Origin: a phage
Reading direction: 5' to 3' (one strand)
Assembly (NCBI GenBank): GCA_036252695.1
Contig: GCA_036252695.1_4122.1
DNA length: 64,000 nt
Below are positions 29,281 to 38,414 of this stretch, one piece after another; position 1 is the first letter of the stretch, and the number at the start of each line of letters is the position of its first letter. Both the position numbers and the translations under genes were made by a program. Below the pieces are notes generated by a model, which did not search any database, was not told the DNA's origin, and was given only the letters and a program-made list of their open reading frames with translations.

Positions 29281-29463
29281 ATGAGCATTGAATTGTACTT
29301 AAGTAAATTACAGCCTGGCGATAGATTCATCTACAATCAGTTCTGTATCAACTACAAGAACGGGAGCAACAAATATCGTCGAGGATACCTATATACAAGC
29401 ACAAGAGATGCACAAAACGAAAAGTACACATACAGAGAAGTACTTAAACTAATCTCTATTTGA
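29281..29463 (+). CDS. EYY-family A small protein
   Basis: Start set at internal Met with SD; C-term YTYREVLKLISI. Confidence 0.55.
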   Translation: MSIELYLSKLQPGDRFIYNQFCINYKNGSNKYRRGYLYTSTRDAQNEKYTYREVLKLISI

Positions 29464-29471
29464 GGTAATAT

Positions 29472-29657
29472 ATGAATACATTTGAGTACTATACAAATAA
29501 ACTATCTATGCCTGAAAGATCTCATCTCTATGTGTGGAGAAATGCGTATAAAAGCGGCAATAAACTTATACAAAGAAATTCCCTTACAGTGTGTACAAAT
29601 TTAATTAAAGCAGAGTACCGCACATATATTGAAGTACTGAAACTGATAGCAATCTAA
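29472..29657 (+). CDS. EYY-family A small protein
   Basis: N-term MNTFEYY; C-term YIEVLKLIAI. Confidence 0.6.
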   Translation: MNTFEYYTNKLSMPERSHLYVWRNAYKSGNKLIQRNSLTVCTNLIKAEYRTYIEVLKLIAI

Positions 29658-29665
29658 GGTACTCT

Positions 29666-29845
29666 ATGCAAGAATTCTATATCTATAAACTCCAGCACAA
29701 AGATAGATACAACTATAATAAATTCCAAAGGTACTACACAGTCGGGAACAAAAGAGATAAAAAACGTTATCTACTCTCGTGTACAGTAGAAGCACAAAAC
29801 GAAAAGTACACGTACAGAGAAGTACTTAAACTAATCTCAATCTAA
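29666..29845 (+). CDS. EYY-family A small protein (59 aa, below ORF-track cutoff)
   Basis: Hand-translated MQEFYIYKL...YTYREVLKLISI. Confidence 0.5.
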   Translation: MQEFYIYKLQHKDRYNYNKFQRYYTVGNKRDKKRYLLSCTVEAQNEKYTYREVLKLISI

Positions 29846-29852
29846 GGTAGAC

Positions 29853-30041
29853 ATGAACACTTTTGAGTACTACTTCAATAAACTAAACCACATAGAACAA
29901 AGTATGCACCACACATTTATTCAGAACCATCAATCATCTGCACCTGGAATTAAAAACATATCGATTGAGATTATAACTAACAATGTACTGTCATCTGAAC
30001 GTTATATGTATATTGATGTACTGAAACTCATCTCTATGTAA
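29853..30041 (+). CDS. EYY-family A small protein
   Basis: N-term MNTFEYYFNKL; C-term YIDVLKLISM. Confidence 0.6.
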   Translation: MNTFEYYFNKLNHIEQSMHHTFIQNHQSSAPGIKNISIEIITNNVLSSERYMYIDVLKLISM

Positions 30042-30049
30042 GGAATAAT

Positions 30050-30229
30050 ATGCAAGAATACTATATAGAACACATAAGCATTAAAGACCGTTTCATGTAC
30101 GACACCTTCGTGAAGTACTACAACTTGGCAACTAACAGTACTAAAAATATTAATCTCAATAGCTGCATTCATCACGCACTAACAAAAGATAATCCCTTCA
30201 GGGAAATCCTCGCACTAGCATCTGTATAA
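30050..30229 (+). CDS. EYY-family A small protein (59 aa, below ORF-track cutoff)
   Basis: Hand-translated MQEYYIEHISIKDRF... Confidence 0.45.
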   Translation: MQEYYIEHISIKDRFMYDTFVKYYNLATNSTKNINLNSCIHHALTKDNPFREILALASV

Positions 30230-30240
30230 AGGAAAACCAA

Positions 30241-30900
30241 ATGAAACTTAATGCACACAGCAAACAATACCTTAAGCACTTTAAGTACCTCAACAGTATT
30301 CAAGCAGAATCTATTACATCTGCATATACGTATCACCCAAATGTACTAAAGAAACGAAATAAAAAGAAAAAATCCAGAAATGTTCTCGTATCTAAGAACC
30401 TCAAATCGTACTTGAAGAAAAATAATATAGCTCTTGCTTTTATTAATATCTATAATACTGATTTAAAAGTATTGAGTACTAATACCAGCACAAAAGCACT
30501 AAAGAATGCATCTATCTATATACACATGGATAATATCCCGTGCACTATAATTCTATCTTTCGGGAATGTATACTTCTTCGGGAATTGTAATAGCACCCAT
30601 GATATCAGTACTGCACAATTCCAAATCGGAGATATGTACTGCATGGGTTCAGAAAAAATACACGATAACATGCACTTCTTCCAAAAGCAACGTACTAACG
30701 AAACTGATACAGTACTGCAATTCCTCAAAGAACTAGAACACAAAGAATTATCCGACGAAGAAGAATTCATGTACAGTACTGTAATCGATAATCCAGGACT
30801 CTATAAAAACGCGTACAAACTAACAAAACATGTACAGGAACTTATCAGTACTGATAAGAAATTTCATCACCTCATTACGTATATTACAAACTATGTATAA
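30241..30900 (+). CDS. Fam-F hypothetical protein (219 aa; EEEFMYSTVIDNPG motif)
   Basis: ORF with SD aaggaaaa; motif related to other Fam-F members. Confidence 0.6.
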   Translation: MKLNAHSKQYLKHFKYLNSIQAESITSAYTYHPNVLKKRNKKKKSRNVLVSKNLKSYLKKNNIALAFINIYNTDLKVLSTNTSTKALKNASIYIHMDNIPCTIILSFGNVYFFGNCNSTHDISTAQFQIGDMYCMGSEKIHDNMHFFQKQRTNETDTVLQFLKELEHKELSDEEEFMYSTVIDNPGLYKNAYKLTKHVQELISTDKKFHHLITYITNYV

Positions 30901-31078
30901 AGAATACTACATAGATAAACTCCCAATGCATCTACAATACCTTGTACCAACAGAACCATTGGGTATAGAAAAAGACTACGAAAAAGACTACTTCGTTAAG
31001 TGCACTAAATCCTCGATAGATATTGACGACTATAATCGAGTACTGTATCACATCATTTTACTAATATATAAGTACTAA
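30893..31078 (+). CDS. EYY-family B small protein
   Basis: Start at internal Met MYKEYYIDKLPMHLQ, overlapping previous stop; family N-term. Confidence 0.6.
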   Translation: MYKEYYIDKLPMHLQYLVPTEPLGIEKDYEKDYFVKCTKSSIDIDDYNRVLYHIILLIYKY

Positions 31079-31079
31079 T

Positions 31080-31259
31080 ATGCACAAACATAAAGAATTC
31101 TACTTGTCGTACCTTAATTCCGATATAGTAACATCCAATACCTTCAGTACTAAAATTATCTATAATGAATTAATGAAAGAATGTATTAAAGGTGCTATTA
31201 ACCCTAAAGATACGTATGACTTGTACTATGCAGTACTAACCCTTGTTTTCACGAAATAA
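31080..31259 (+). CDS. EYY-family B small protein (59 aa, below cutoff)
   Basis: Hand-translated MHKHKEFYLSYL... Confidence 0.5.
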   Translation: MHKHKEFYLSYLNSDIVTSNTFSTKIIYNELMKECIKGAINPKDTYDLYYAVLTLVFTK

Positions 31260-31267
31260 CACATAAT

Positions 31268-31456
31268 ATGAATAACCACAAAGAATACTACATAGATAAA
31301 CTCCCAATGTATCTACAGAGCCATATACCAAACGTTGCATTGGGAATAAAAGATGACGCAAAAACAATGTTCCAAGAATGTACTAAGTACACCCTAATGT
31401 TCGAGGATAGAACATATAAACTGTACTACATCCTCGCCCTAATATTCAAGTACTAA
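31268..31456 (+). CDS. EYY-family B small protein
   Basis: MNNHKEYYIDKLPMYLQ. Confidence 0.6.
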   Translation: MNNHKEYYIDKLPMYLQSHIPNVALGIKDDAKTMFQECTKYTLMFEDRTYKLYYILALIFKY

Positions 31457-31466
31457 AGAGAACAAT

Positions 31467-31649
31467 ATGCATAAAGAATACTACACACAATTTCTCCCCA
31501 GTATATTTGAACACTACGCCAGATATAAAGTCCCCCTGGATAACGATTTGGCAGTACTGGGATTCAATAACTGCATAGAACGAAGTATAGAAAATAGTAG
31601 TAGTTATGACCAGCTATATAACACTATCCTACTTATATTCAGGTACTAA
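31467..31649 (+). CDS. EYY-family B small protein
   Basis: MHKEYYTQFLP. Confidence 0.6.
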   Translation: MHKEYYTQFLPSIFEHYARYKVPLDNDLAVLGFNNCIERSIENSSSYDQLYNTILLIFRY

Positions 31650-31839
31650 TGTGTATAAAGAATACTACATAAAAGATTTACCACCGCACCTTCAAGGTAA
31701 TCTGTTAGAAGATGAACCTCGCGGTATAGAAATAAACTACGAAAAAGACTACTTTATTACGTGCACTAAATGCGTGATAAATTATTACAACTACAATCAA
31801 GTACTGTATCATACCCTGTACTTAGCATTAGTATTCTAA
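31650..31839 (+). CDS. EYY-family B small protein (probable GTG start)
   Basis: Family N-terminus VYKEYYIKDLPPHLQ begins at GTG right after previous stop; track ORF 31606 is an upstream extension. Confidence 0.45.
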
Positions 31840-31848
31840 GAGAACAAT

Positions 31849-32037
31849 ATGCACAAAGAATACTACACAAAATATTTCCCAATGTACCTCAGAACTAATC
31901 TATTAGATAAACCTCGCGGTATCAATGCACAAAACGATAAAGTGTACTTTACTATGTGCACTAAAGCATGTATACTAGATTTTGATAGCTACCATCGAGT
32001 ACTGTATCATGTACTGTACCTAGCTTTCGTGTACTAA
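31849..32037 (+). CDS. EYY-family B small protein
   Basis: MHKEYYTKYFPMYL. Confidence 0.6.
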   Translation: MHKEYYTKYFPMYLRTNLLDKPRGINAQNDKVYFTMCTKACILDFDSYHRVLYHVLYLAFVY

Positions 32038-32046
32038 GAGAACAAT

Positions 32047-32232
32047 ATGCATAAAGAATTCTACTTAAGCCATCTGGAACTAAACTCCCAAATGCTTATA
32101 CCACTAAAACCAATAGATATCAAGGATAAGAAAAATACCAAACAATTCCACTACCACACACTATGTGCTATCAACCCAGATTATAATACATATAAACTGT
32201 ACTACATTCTCGCCCTAATATATAGGTACTGA
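32047..32232 (+). CDS. EYY-family B small protein
   Basis: MHKEFYLSHL. Confidence 0.6.
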   Translation: MHKEFYLSHLELNSQMLIPLKPIDIKDKKNTKQFHYHTLCAINPDYNTYKLYYILALIYRY

Positions 32233-32233
32233 T

Positions 32234-32419
32234 ATGCATAGAGAATACTATATACAATTTGTTAAAGGGAACTACAAACACGCCGTCCCCGTAAACCCCT
32301 TAAATTCTAATGACCCAAGTACTATATTCTTGTTCCATGACGCAATACGTACAGTACTCAATACTAAAGATGAACAGGTGCAGTACGTATTCTTACTATT
32401 ACTTATATACAGACACTAA
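32234..32419 (+). CDS. EYY-family B small protein
   Basis: MHREYYIQFV. Confidence 0.6.
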   Translation: MHREYYIQFVKGNYKHAVPVNPLNSNDPSTIFLFHDAIRTVLNTKDEQVQYVFLLLLIYRH

Positions 32420-32424
32420 CTAAT

Positions 32425-32634
32425 ATGAATAAAGAACATAAAGAATTCTACTCCAAACACCTCAGCCCCTCAGAACAAATGTTTCTAAGGACTACAGCAC
32501 CTTTAAGTACTGATACATATTTCGGCAGAGTATGCTACAATAATTGTATTCAAATGACTTTAAACGCAAACGCCAATAATAACAGTACTAATATGTACTC
32601 CGGCATCATAGGTATACTATTTCTATATGAATAA
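32425..32634 (+). CDS. EYY-family B small protein
   Basis: MNKEHKEFYSKHL. Confidence 0.6.
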   Translation: MNKEHKEFYSKHLSPSEQMFLRTTAPLSTDTYFGRVCYNNCIQMTLNANANNNSTNMYSGIIGILFLYE

Positions 32635-32809
32635 AGAACATAAAGACTTCTACATAAGAAAACTAACATTCGTCCCCGTAAAAATATATAAAGAATGCGA
32701 CCCAAGATTATACCTATGGCACTTCAATGAGTGCATAAAAGATTCTATATACCCTAAGAACTATAAAGAACAATTGTGCTCAGTACTAACACTAGTACTA
32801 TCATATTAA
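32627..32809 (+). CDS. EYY-family B small protein
   Basis: MNKEHKDFYIRKL; 8-nt overlap. Confidence 0.6.
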   Translation: MNKEHKDFYIRKLTFVPVKIYKECDPRLYLWHFNECIKDSIYPKNYKEQLCSVLTLVLSY

Positions 32810-32822
32810 TAGAGATAATACT

Positions 32823-33014
32823 ATGCATAAAGACTATAAAGAGTACTATATAAGTAAACTAAAAGAAAACGAACAAGCATGGATTAACAATTTAATCCCC
32901 CTGGCAATGACTCAATACGAATTTAATATGTGTACAAAGATTGTTTTAACTAGTAATGATATCTCTAATACGTACTACTTCCTATTAAGAGTACTATATG
33001 GTACTTTGAAATAA
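32823..33014 (+). CDS. EYY-family B small protein
   Basis: MHKDYKEYYISKL. Confidence 0.6.
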   Translation: MHKDYKEYYISKLKENEQAWINNLIPLAMTQYEFNMCTKIVLTSNDISNTYYFLLRVLYGTLK

Positions 33015-33025
33015 TAAGGTATACT

Positions 33026-33232
33026 ATGCAGAACATAAAAAACTATAAAGAGTACTATATAAGTAAACTACCACCGACTGACCAAGCATGGATTAGATCT
33101 ATAATAGTACTGGCATTTAATAGATATGCATTTAACAGATGCACAGAGATTGCTATAGACCCTTGTCCTATTAAAGAGAAGGCACAGTACAATCAGTACT
33201 ACTATATGTTAATGCTTATATATAGGAAGTAA
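33026..33232 (+). CDS. EYY-family B small protein
   Basis: MQNIKNYKEYYISKLPP. Confidence 0.6.
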   Translation: MQNIKNYKEYYISKLPPTDQAWIRSIIVLAFNRYAFNRCTEIAIDPCPIKEKAQYNQYYYMLMLIYRK

Positions 33233-33239
33233 TTCAACA

Positions 33240-35200
33240 TATAGACAGGGGAAGCTCCGTAGGGAAAGCATTGGACAGGCTTTAACATATGTTATATATG
33301 TTAAAATTCAGCCTGCTCGACGTCTGAATTGTTAAAATTCAGCCTGGACAAATGCGATCACTAGGATTCTCCCCAGGCTAAACCCCGTAATCATATGTAG
33401 TCATAAGTAATCATATATAAACATTTATATTAGCACCGTAGAATCACAGAATGATTATATATGATTCAGTACTGATTAGTATAGACAAGATTGCTCAAGA
33501 TTGCTCAAGAATGCTAGGGAAGGATTCAGTACTGCCCCAAAAGTATTCAGTACTGAAGGTGTCGATATCCCACTAAGTAGGCAGAGGAAGTCTGCCGTAC
33601 TTTGTAGTTTCCAAGCTCCTTTTCCATTTTGCAAATTACATCAAATGTAATCAAAAGTAATCACGCAATGATTAGTACTGAATTATTACTTTCACCTTAA
33701 TTACAATTACCCTTTTACCAGTCGGGGTAAAATTCAATTACCCCTTGAGGCTCCAGCAAAAAGTTGGTTAGTACTCCATCCTAAATCTCGATCCTAAAAA
33801 TTTTGGAGTACCTATGAAATAAAAGTTGGATCTTCGAAAGTTGAAATTTACGTTGGGACGTTTATGATTTGTGGGATATAATGATGTTTGTAGTCGGGTA
33901 GTTCTCAAGAATATCAGTACTGAAAGATGAAAGAAAGTTATTGACTTTATGATTCAGTACTGTATAATGTTCTACATAGCTTCAAGGGGTGATGAGTTGC
34001 TGCGAACAATTCATTTACTCTACCTACTGTCGTGAGACAGTACAGAAAAGATAGTTCCTCCTATTGGTGGTACATCTTTTTGAACCTCATATGAAAATCG
34101 TAATAACAGTACTGATATTAACAGAATGGTATCAGTACTGATTTTAATCTAAAGCATTATGCCACCAGCACAAGCTGGTGGATTCCCTCTAACAGTATTC
34201 AGTACTACATGATAGTCTTCATCCTCCTAGGGTAACATAGTGAGGGCTATGATGGCAGTACTGAATACTCCCTTTCAAAAGATAGATCTATGGTATAGTA
34301 CTGACGGATTTTGGGTGTAGTTACCCTGGGTGGATTTTGGACGTAGATATGTCTAGCCCTCCAGAAGTCTGGAAGTAAAGATGGCTATCCATCTAGACGG
34401 CTAAACGGCTAGATTTCTGGATGGCTAGACGTTTGGACGGCTAAACGGCTAGATGGTTACACGTCTGGAAGTATAGACGGCTAAATCAAAATTTTATTTT
34501 GTTTTTTCCAATAGTTCCCCTACCGCGTGGGGATAGTTTCCCCGCAGTATCTGGAGTTAGATTTTTCTGAATCTGGAATCATTATCTTATAAACTGGGGG
34601 CAATGTCAACGGCCTGGACGGATATTTTTAAAAATTTTTTTCAGTACTGAATTTTGGGCGTAACTATGCACCCGGTGGGCTTGAGTCTTTCTCGACTTGA
34701 TGGAACTATTATACAGTACTGAAAAAAATAAAGCAATACCCTGGAAGCAAAAAAGTTTTAATTAATTTGCTTGCTATCCTGGGCCGGACTATGGTACTAT
34801 ATTTCAGTACTGAGAAAGTGCGTTTACCTGCTAGGGTGCGGGAGTGTATCCTTTTTTTATATCTTGAATTTTGGGCGTAATTCCGCACCCTCTGGGGTTT
34901 CCGCTTTCTCGCGTCTATGTAGTAATTATACGCTTTTTCAGGATCAAGTCAATACCTAAAAACAAAATAATTGAAAATAATTTAACGCGTTTAAACGGCC
35001 CGTAAAGCCCTGGAATGATTGGAATGGTGCAAATGTATAGCTTAGGTGTATTAATGCGTTAGAATGCGTCTGAGGCCGTTTTATGGGGTGTAGTAGTGAT
35101 TTGGTTGATTCAGTACTGAATGATAGTACTGAATAATAGTTCCCCTATATAGAAAGAAAACTATTTTAAAAGTACATGTAGAAAGTACTTGCAAACTATG
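33240..35200. repeat. ORF-free repeat-rich region (candidate origin, packaging site or regulatory hub)
   Basis: About 2 kb without a credible ORF; dense (T)CAGTACTGA palindromes (about 17 AGTACT by my read), short direct repeats (gattgctcaag x2, gttaaaattcagcct x2, gtaatca-type), and two ~60-bp related copies at ~34648..34715 and ~34865..34925. Confidence 0.6.
34380..34500. repeat. iteron-like direct repeats
   Basis: GACGGCTAAACGGCTAGAT at 34396..34414 and 34436..34454 plus partial copies (ggatggctagacg, gacggctaaatc) and TCTGGAAGTA twice. Confidence 0.6.
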
Positions 35201-35248
35201 TTTAAAGGCGTATAATGTTTTACATCGAGAGCGGGAACACTTCCCGCT
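35189..35248 (+). promoter_or_regulatory. early-type promoter (TTGCAA..TATAAT 35211..35216) plus 5' leader hairpin (35230..35248)
   Basis: aaagtacTTGCAAactatgtttaaaggcgTATAATgttttacatc then agcgggaa-cac-ttcccgct. Confidence 0.65.
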
Positions 35249-35271
35249 ACACTTTAAAAGAGATTAATACG

Positions 35272-35634
35272 ATGGCGACCCAAATCAATAAAATTATTGC
35301 TAACCTGGTCAACTTCCGTGAAGAGATGAAAGGTCTTCCGGCTGAAACGGTAAAAATTCACATTTCAGCTTATCGGGAACTTATTACAATGTTGCCGCTT
35401 AAGCGTGAACAATACGCCGCTACCGTGATGCTTGATGCGATGATCCATAAGATGATCGCCAGTGATTTAACGATGGTTTATCAGTATATGGGCGAAAATT
35501 TCGCGGTGTATAGTAAACCAGTACCAGGAATGGAAAGTACAGAAGTATTACACGGTTTAAATTTAAAACAAGATGCATGGGATAATATGCCTCGTTTCCT
35601 GGTATGGGCTGACAGTGGCAAAATTTACGAATAA
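35272..35634 (+). CDS. hypothetical early protein
   Basis: Start moved to Met downstream of promoter and leader hairpin (track ORF starts inside -10 box). Confidence 0.55.
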   Translation: MATQINKIIANLVNFREEMKGLPAETVKIHISAYRELITMLPLKREQYAATVMLDAMIHKMIASDLTMVYQYMGENFAVYSKPVPGMESTEVLHGLNLKQDAWDNMPRFLVWADSGKIYE

Positions 35635-35648
35635 GTTTAATAAAGTAC

Positions 35649-35707
35649 TTGCAAACTAAGTTTAAAAGCGTATAATGTTTTACATCAGGTGGGGAATAGT
35701 TCCCCAC
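35649..35707 (+). promoter_or_regulatory. early-type promoter plus leader hairpin
   Basis: TTGCAA 35649..35654, TATAAT 35671..35676, hairpin gtggggaa-tag-ttccccac 35689..35707. Confidence 0.65.
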
Positions 35708-35727
35708 TATATAAGAGGATTAAAAAA

Positions 35728-35967
35728 ATGGCTAAATCAAAAATGTTCTTAGGTCACAAAAACAAAACTCATTGGAATGTAAGCCTTTGGATTAATAACG
35801 ATGAGGCATTGTATCGGCTGGCCCAGGACTTTATTGCCGCCAATACTAATCGTAATGATGCGGCCCGTCATATGATGCTATTTTTAGAACAGACTGGGCA
35901 AGATAAAACTCCAGACGGCTTTAAGTATAGCACTACTGCGATCCGTGCGGCGATGGTTGGAATGTAA
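35728..35967 (+). CDS. hypothetical early protein (paralog of 37770..38009)
   Basis: SD aagagga; shares GHKNKTHWNVSLWINN...TPDGFKYSTTAIRAAMVGM with 37770 gene. Confidence 0.65.
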   Translation: MAKSKMFLGHKNKTHWNVSLWINNDEALYRLAQDFIAANTNRNDAARHMMLFLEQTGQDKTPDGFKYSTTAIRAAMVGM

Positions 35968-36055
35968 TAGAATAGAATTTATTTAAAGTACTATTGCACG
36001 GTGATAGTACTTTATAATAGTGTTTTATTCATACACCAACGATAAGGGCAACAGC

Positions 36056-36322
36056 ATGAATATTAAGTATTTTGCGACGCGTGAACAAGCTCGGATCGCC
36101 GCACGCCAGGACGGGGCAACGTTTAAAGATATGGGCGTACAATCGGAACGTGGTAAACGTTGGGCCATTGTAAAGCGTAGTACCGCCAGATCATTACAGT
36201 ACTGGTTAGCGGCCTTAAAAAGTCCCGATAGTGTATCGCGACGAGTGGTAGAAATAAAGCTCGACCGAAAGGGCAACCGCGTGACCGTGTACCGTACTAA
36301 AAAGATTGCAGTACTTGAATAA
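36056..36322 (+). CDS. hypothetical early protein (paralog of 49098..49493)
   Basis: Shares FATREQARIAAR..TFKDMG..RWA..RKGNRVTVY with 49098 gene. Confidence 0.6.
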   Translation: MNIKYFATREQARIAARQDGATFKDMGVQSERGKRWAIVKRSTARSLQYWLAALKSPDSVSRRVVEIKLDRKGNRVTVYRTKKIAVLE

Positions 36323-36329
36323 AAAGTAC

Positions 36330-36389
36330 TTGCAAACTATGTTTAATGGCGTATAATGTTTTACATCGAGAGCGGGAACACTTCCCGCC
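36330..36389 (+). promoter_or_regulatory. early-type promoter plus leader hairpin
   Basis: TTGCAA 36330..36335, TATAAT 36352..36357, hairpin agcgggaacacttcccgc 36371..36389. Confidence 0.65.
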
Positions 36390-36409
36390 TATAACCTGGA
36401 GTAATAAAA

Positions 36410-36640
36410 ATGACTAATATGTATATGACTGAAGTTAAAACTGTAAAAGATACTACCACGAATAAAACTACTTACTTACAGCGGATCTGCGGTGTATGGC
36501 AACGTATCAGCAAATCAAAGTACTATAAATTAACATCATATGCAAACCGTTCGGATTCATTCAGTACTGAAATAAAAGGTAATAAAGTACACCAATACGG
36601 CACTTATTATTATTATAGCCTGGACGCGATTGCAGTATAA
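36410..36640 (+). CDS. hypothetical early protein
   Basis: 76-aa ORF with SD ggag. Confidence 0.55.
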   Translation: MTNMYMTEVKTVKDTTTNKTTYLQRICGVWQRISKSKYYKLTSYANRSDSFSTEIKGNKVHQYGTYYYYSLDAIAV

Positions 36641-36887
36641 GCAGTTTACAAATCTTTACAATTGCCGGTATTGACTTATTTTGTCAGTACTGGCATAATG
36701 TATTCATTGGCAGATAAGCCGTAGCCCATAGGGTGCGGGAGTGTATCTATAGAAAAAGTAGTTTAGTATAGTTACAATTGTGCACCCGGTGGGTTAGCTG
36801 TTGTCATGGGGTATATTATGCCAGTACTTGATAATGCTGTCAATACTTTTTTAATATTCAGTACTGAAAACTATTTTTAAAAAGTAC

Positions 36888-36915
36888 TTGCAAACTATGT
36901 TTAAAGGCGTATAAT
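36888..36915 (+). promoter_or_regulatory. early-type promoter (upstream of structured element)
   Basis: TTGCAA 36888..36893, TATAAT 36910..36915. Confidence 0.6.
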
Positions 36916-36924
36916 GTTTTACAT

Positions 36925-37004
36925 CAGGACGGGGAACGAAATAAGTAACTTCCCGTTAAGTAGCCCAGGAGTAAGGCACACGAAAAACTCCCCTGATAAA
37001 ATAG
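36925..37004 (+). ncRNA. candidate structured RNA element / long leader (copy 1)
   Basis: ~80 nt between two tandem promoters; near-identical copy at 47900..47979 (3 substitutions) while flanks diverge; internal complementary arms (cgggga..tcccg; cagg..ctcccctg). Confidence 0.4.
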
Positions 37005-37005
37005 T

Positions 37006-37035
37006 TTGACAAATGTTTTTTTAAAAGCGTATAAT
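37006..37035 (+). promoter_or_regulatory. sigma70-type promoter
   Basis: TTGACA 37006..37011, 18-nt spacer, TATAAT 37030..37035. Confidence 0.6.
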
Positions 37036-37067
37036 ACTTACATCAACTACTGAATGAGGGTTACAAA

Positions 37068-37679
37068 ATGAAAACTATCACTACTACTACTTATGTTATG
37101 GATTTTTCTGAATTGAACGCAGAACAAAAAACGTCAGCTATCGAACTGGTTCGGGATCGTGAGCGTTCATGCGGTGATTATTTCTTTTCTGAGGGCGTAT
37201 ACGAATACTATAAAGAAACAATTTTGCCGGAGTATGGCATTGATGACGCTGATTTGCAATTCAGTGGTTTTTGGTCGCAAGGTGACGGTGCATCAATTAG
37301 TACTGACCACGTTGACGCAGTGAAGTTTTTACGTAAGGTAAGAGCATTAACTAAGTATCGCTCAATCCGGCACCTGCTGAATGAAGATGATTTGGCGATG
37401 AGTGTAAAGCGTTATCACTACCACTACTCGCATGAGAATACTGTAAGCGGGTACATTGAATCGGCTTACACTGATTTAACCGCAAAACAAGAAACGTTAG
37501 TTAATGAGCTTGAGGAACTACTCACTGACACTATTCGTGAATTGTCCCGCAAGTTGTACCGTGATTTAGAGAATGCATATGAGGATCAATTCACTACTGA
37601 AAACATTACGGCACTGATTGAGGGTAACGAATATCAATTCAATGTTATTGATGGCGTAGTAGAATCAATCGAATATTAA
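37068..37679 (+). CDS. hypothetical protein (203 aa)
   Basis: ORF with SD gaggg; E. coli-like codons. Confidence 0.7.
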   Translation: MKTITTTTYVMDFSELNAEQKTSAIELVRDRERSCGDYFFSEGVYEYYKETILPEYGIDDADLQFSGFWSQGDGASISTDHVDAVKFLRKVRALTKYRSIRHLLNEDDLAMSVKRYHYHYSHENTVSGYIESAYTDLTAKQETLVNELEELLTDTIRELSRKLYRDLENAYEDQFTTENITALIEGNEYQFNVIDGVVESIEY

Positions 37680-37769
37680 TTTAAAAAGTACTTGCAAACT
37701 AAGTTTAAAAGCGTATAATACTTTATATCGAGGCGGGGAGTGGTTCCCCGCTCAAACGAGGATTTAAAA

Positions 37770-38009
37770 ATGGCTAGTACTAAAACTTACAACGGACACA
37801 AAAACAAAACTCATTGGAATGTAAGCCTTTGGATTAATAACGGTGAGTCATTGTATCGGCTTGCTCAAAGTTGCATCGCACAAAGTAGAACTAAAGATAT
37901 TGCAGCGGAATGTATGTACCGCAGATTAAAAGCCAACGGTACTACTACAACGCCGGACGGCTTTAAGTATAGCACTACTGCGATCCGTGCTGCAATGGTT
38001 GGAATGTAA
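37770..38009 (+). CDS. hypothetical early protein (paralog of 35728..35967)
   Basis: Promoter TTGCAA/TATAAT (37714..37719) and hairpin 37734..37751 upstream. Confidence 0.65.
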   Translation: MASTKTYNGHKNKTHWNVSLWINNGESLYRLAQSCIAQSRTKDIAAECMYRRLKANGTTTTPDGFKYSTTAIRAAMVGM

Positions 38010-38067
38010 TATTCAGTACTGTAACAATGGCGGGGAATGGTTCCCGCCTTTATTGAGGGTTTATCTA

Positions 38068-38328
38068 ATGAGTAAAGTAATTAACTATACAGTACTAAGC
38101 AAGTCATTATCTATCAGTCATTGCACCGATGGTTATTGGCTATTTGATGAAACGCGTGGCATGAATTTAGCTATGCGTGCAAAAACTGCTGAGGCGGCGT
38201 ATATTCAAGCACTGGAATACTACCAGGAACGTTTAAAGGAAGTAGAAGAAGATTATAAAAGCCTCAAAGCGAAAGTAGATCATTTCGTCGGTCAATTCAT
38301 CGAGGAAGACGACGACAAACAATATTGA
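38068..38328 (+). CDS. hypothetical early protein
   Basis: Start after hairpin ggcggggaatggttcccgcc (38029..38048) and SD gaggg. Confidence 0.55.
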   Translation: MSKVINYTVLSKSLSISHCTDGYWLFDETRGMNLAMRAKTAEAAYIQALEYYQERLKEVEEDYKSLKAKVDHFVGQFIEEDDDKQY

Positions 38329-38336
38329 AAAAGTAC

Positions 38337-38396
38337 TTGCAATTAGTTTCAAGTACTGTATAATGGTTTACATCAAAGGGGGAAATGGTTCTCCCT
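38337..38396 (+). promoter_or_regulatory. early-type promoter plus leader hairpin
   Basis: TTGCAA 38337..38342, TATAAT 38359..38364, hairpin agggggaaatggttctccct 38377..38396. Confidence 0.6.
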
Positions 38397-38414
38397 GGTA
38401 ATGAGGAAAATAAA

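Noticed and set aside
34771-34959. ORF 34771..34959 in the repeat region
   Set aside because: Lies in repeat-rich non-coding DNA overlapping conserved repeat copies; no SD; low-complexity translation.
33240-37070. tRNA genes in the non-coding stretches (33.2-35.2 kb, 36.65-36.88 kb, 38.64-38.79 kb)
   Set aside because: I could not find a cloverleaf with a GTTCRA T-loop and 7-bp acceptor stem by eye; tRNAscan-SE would be needed to exclude them.
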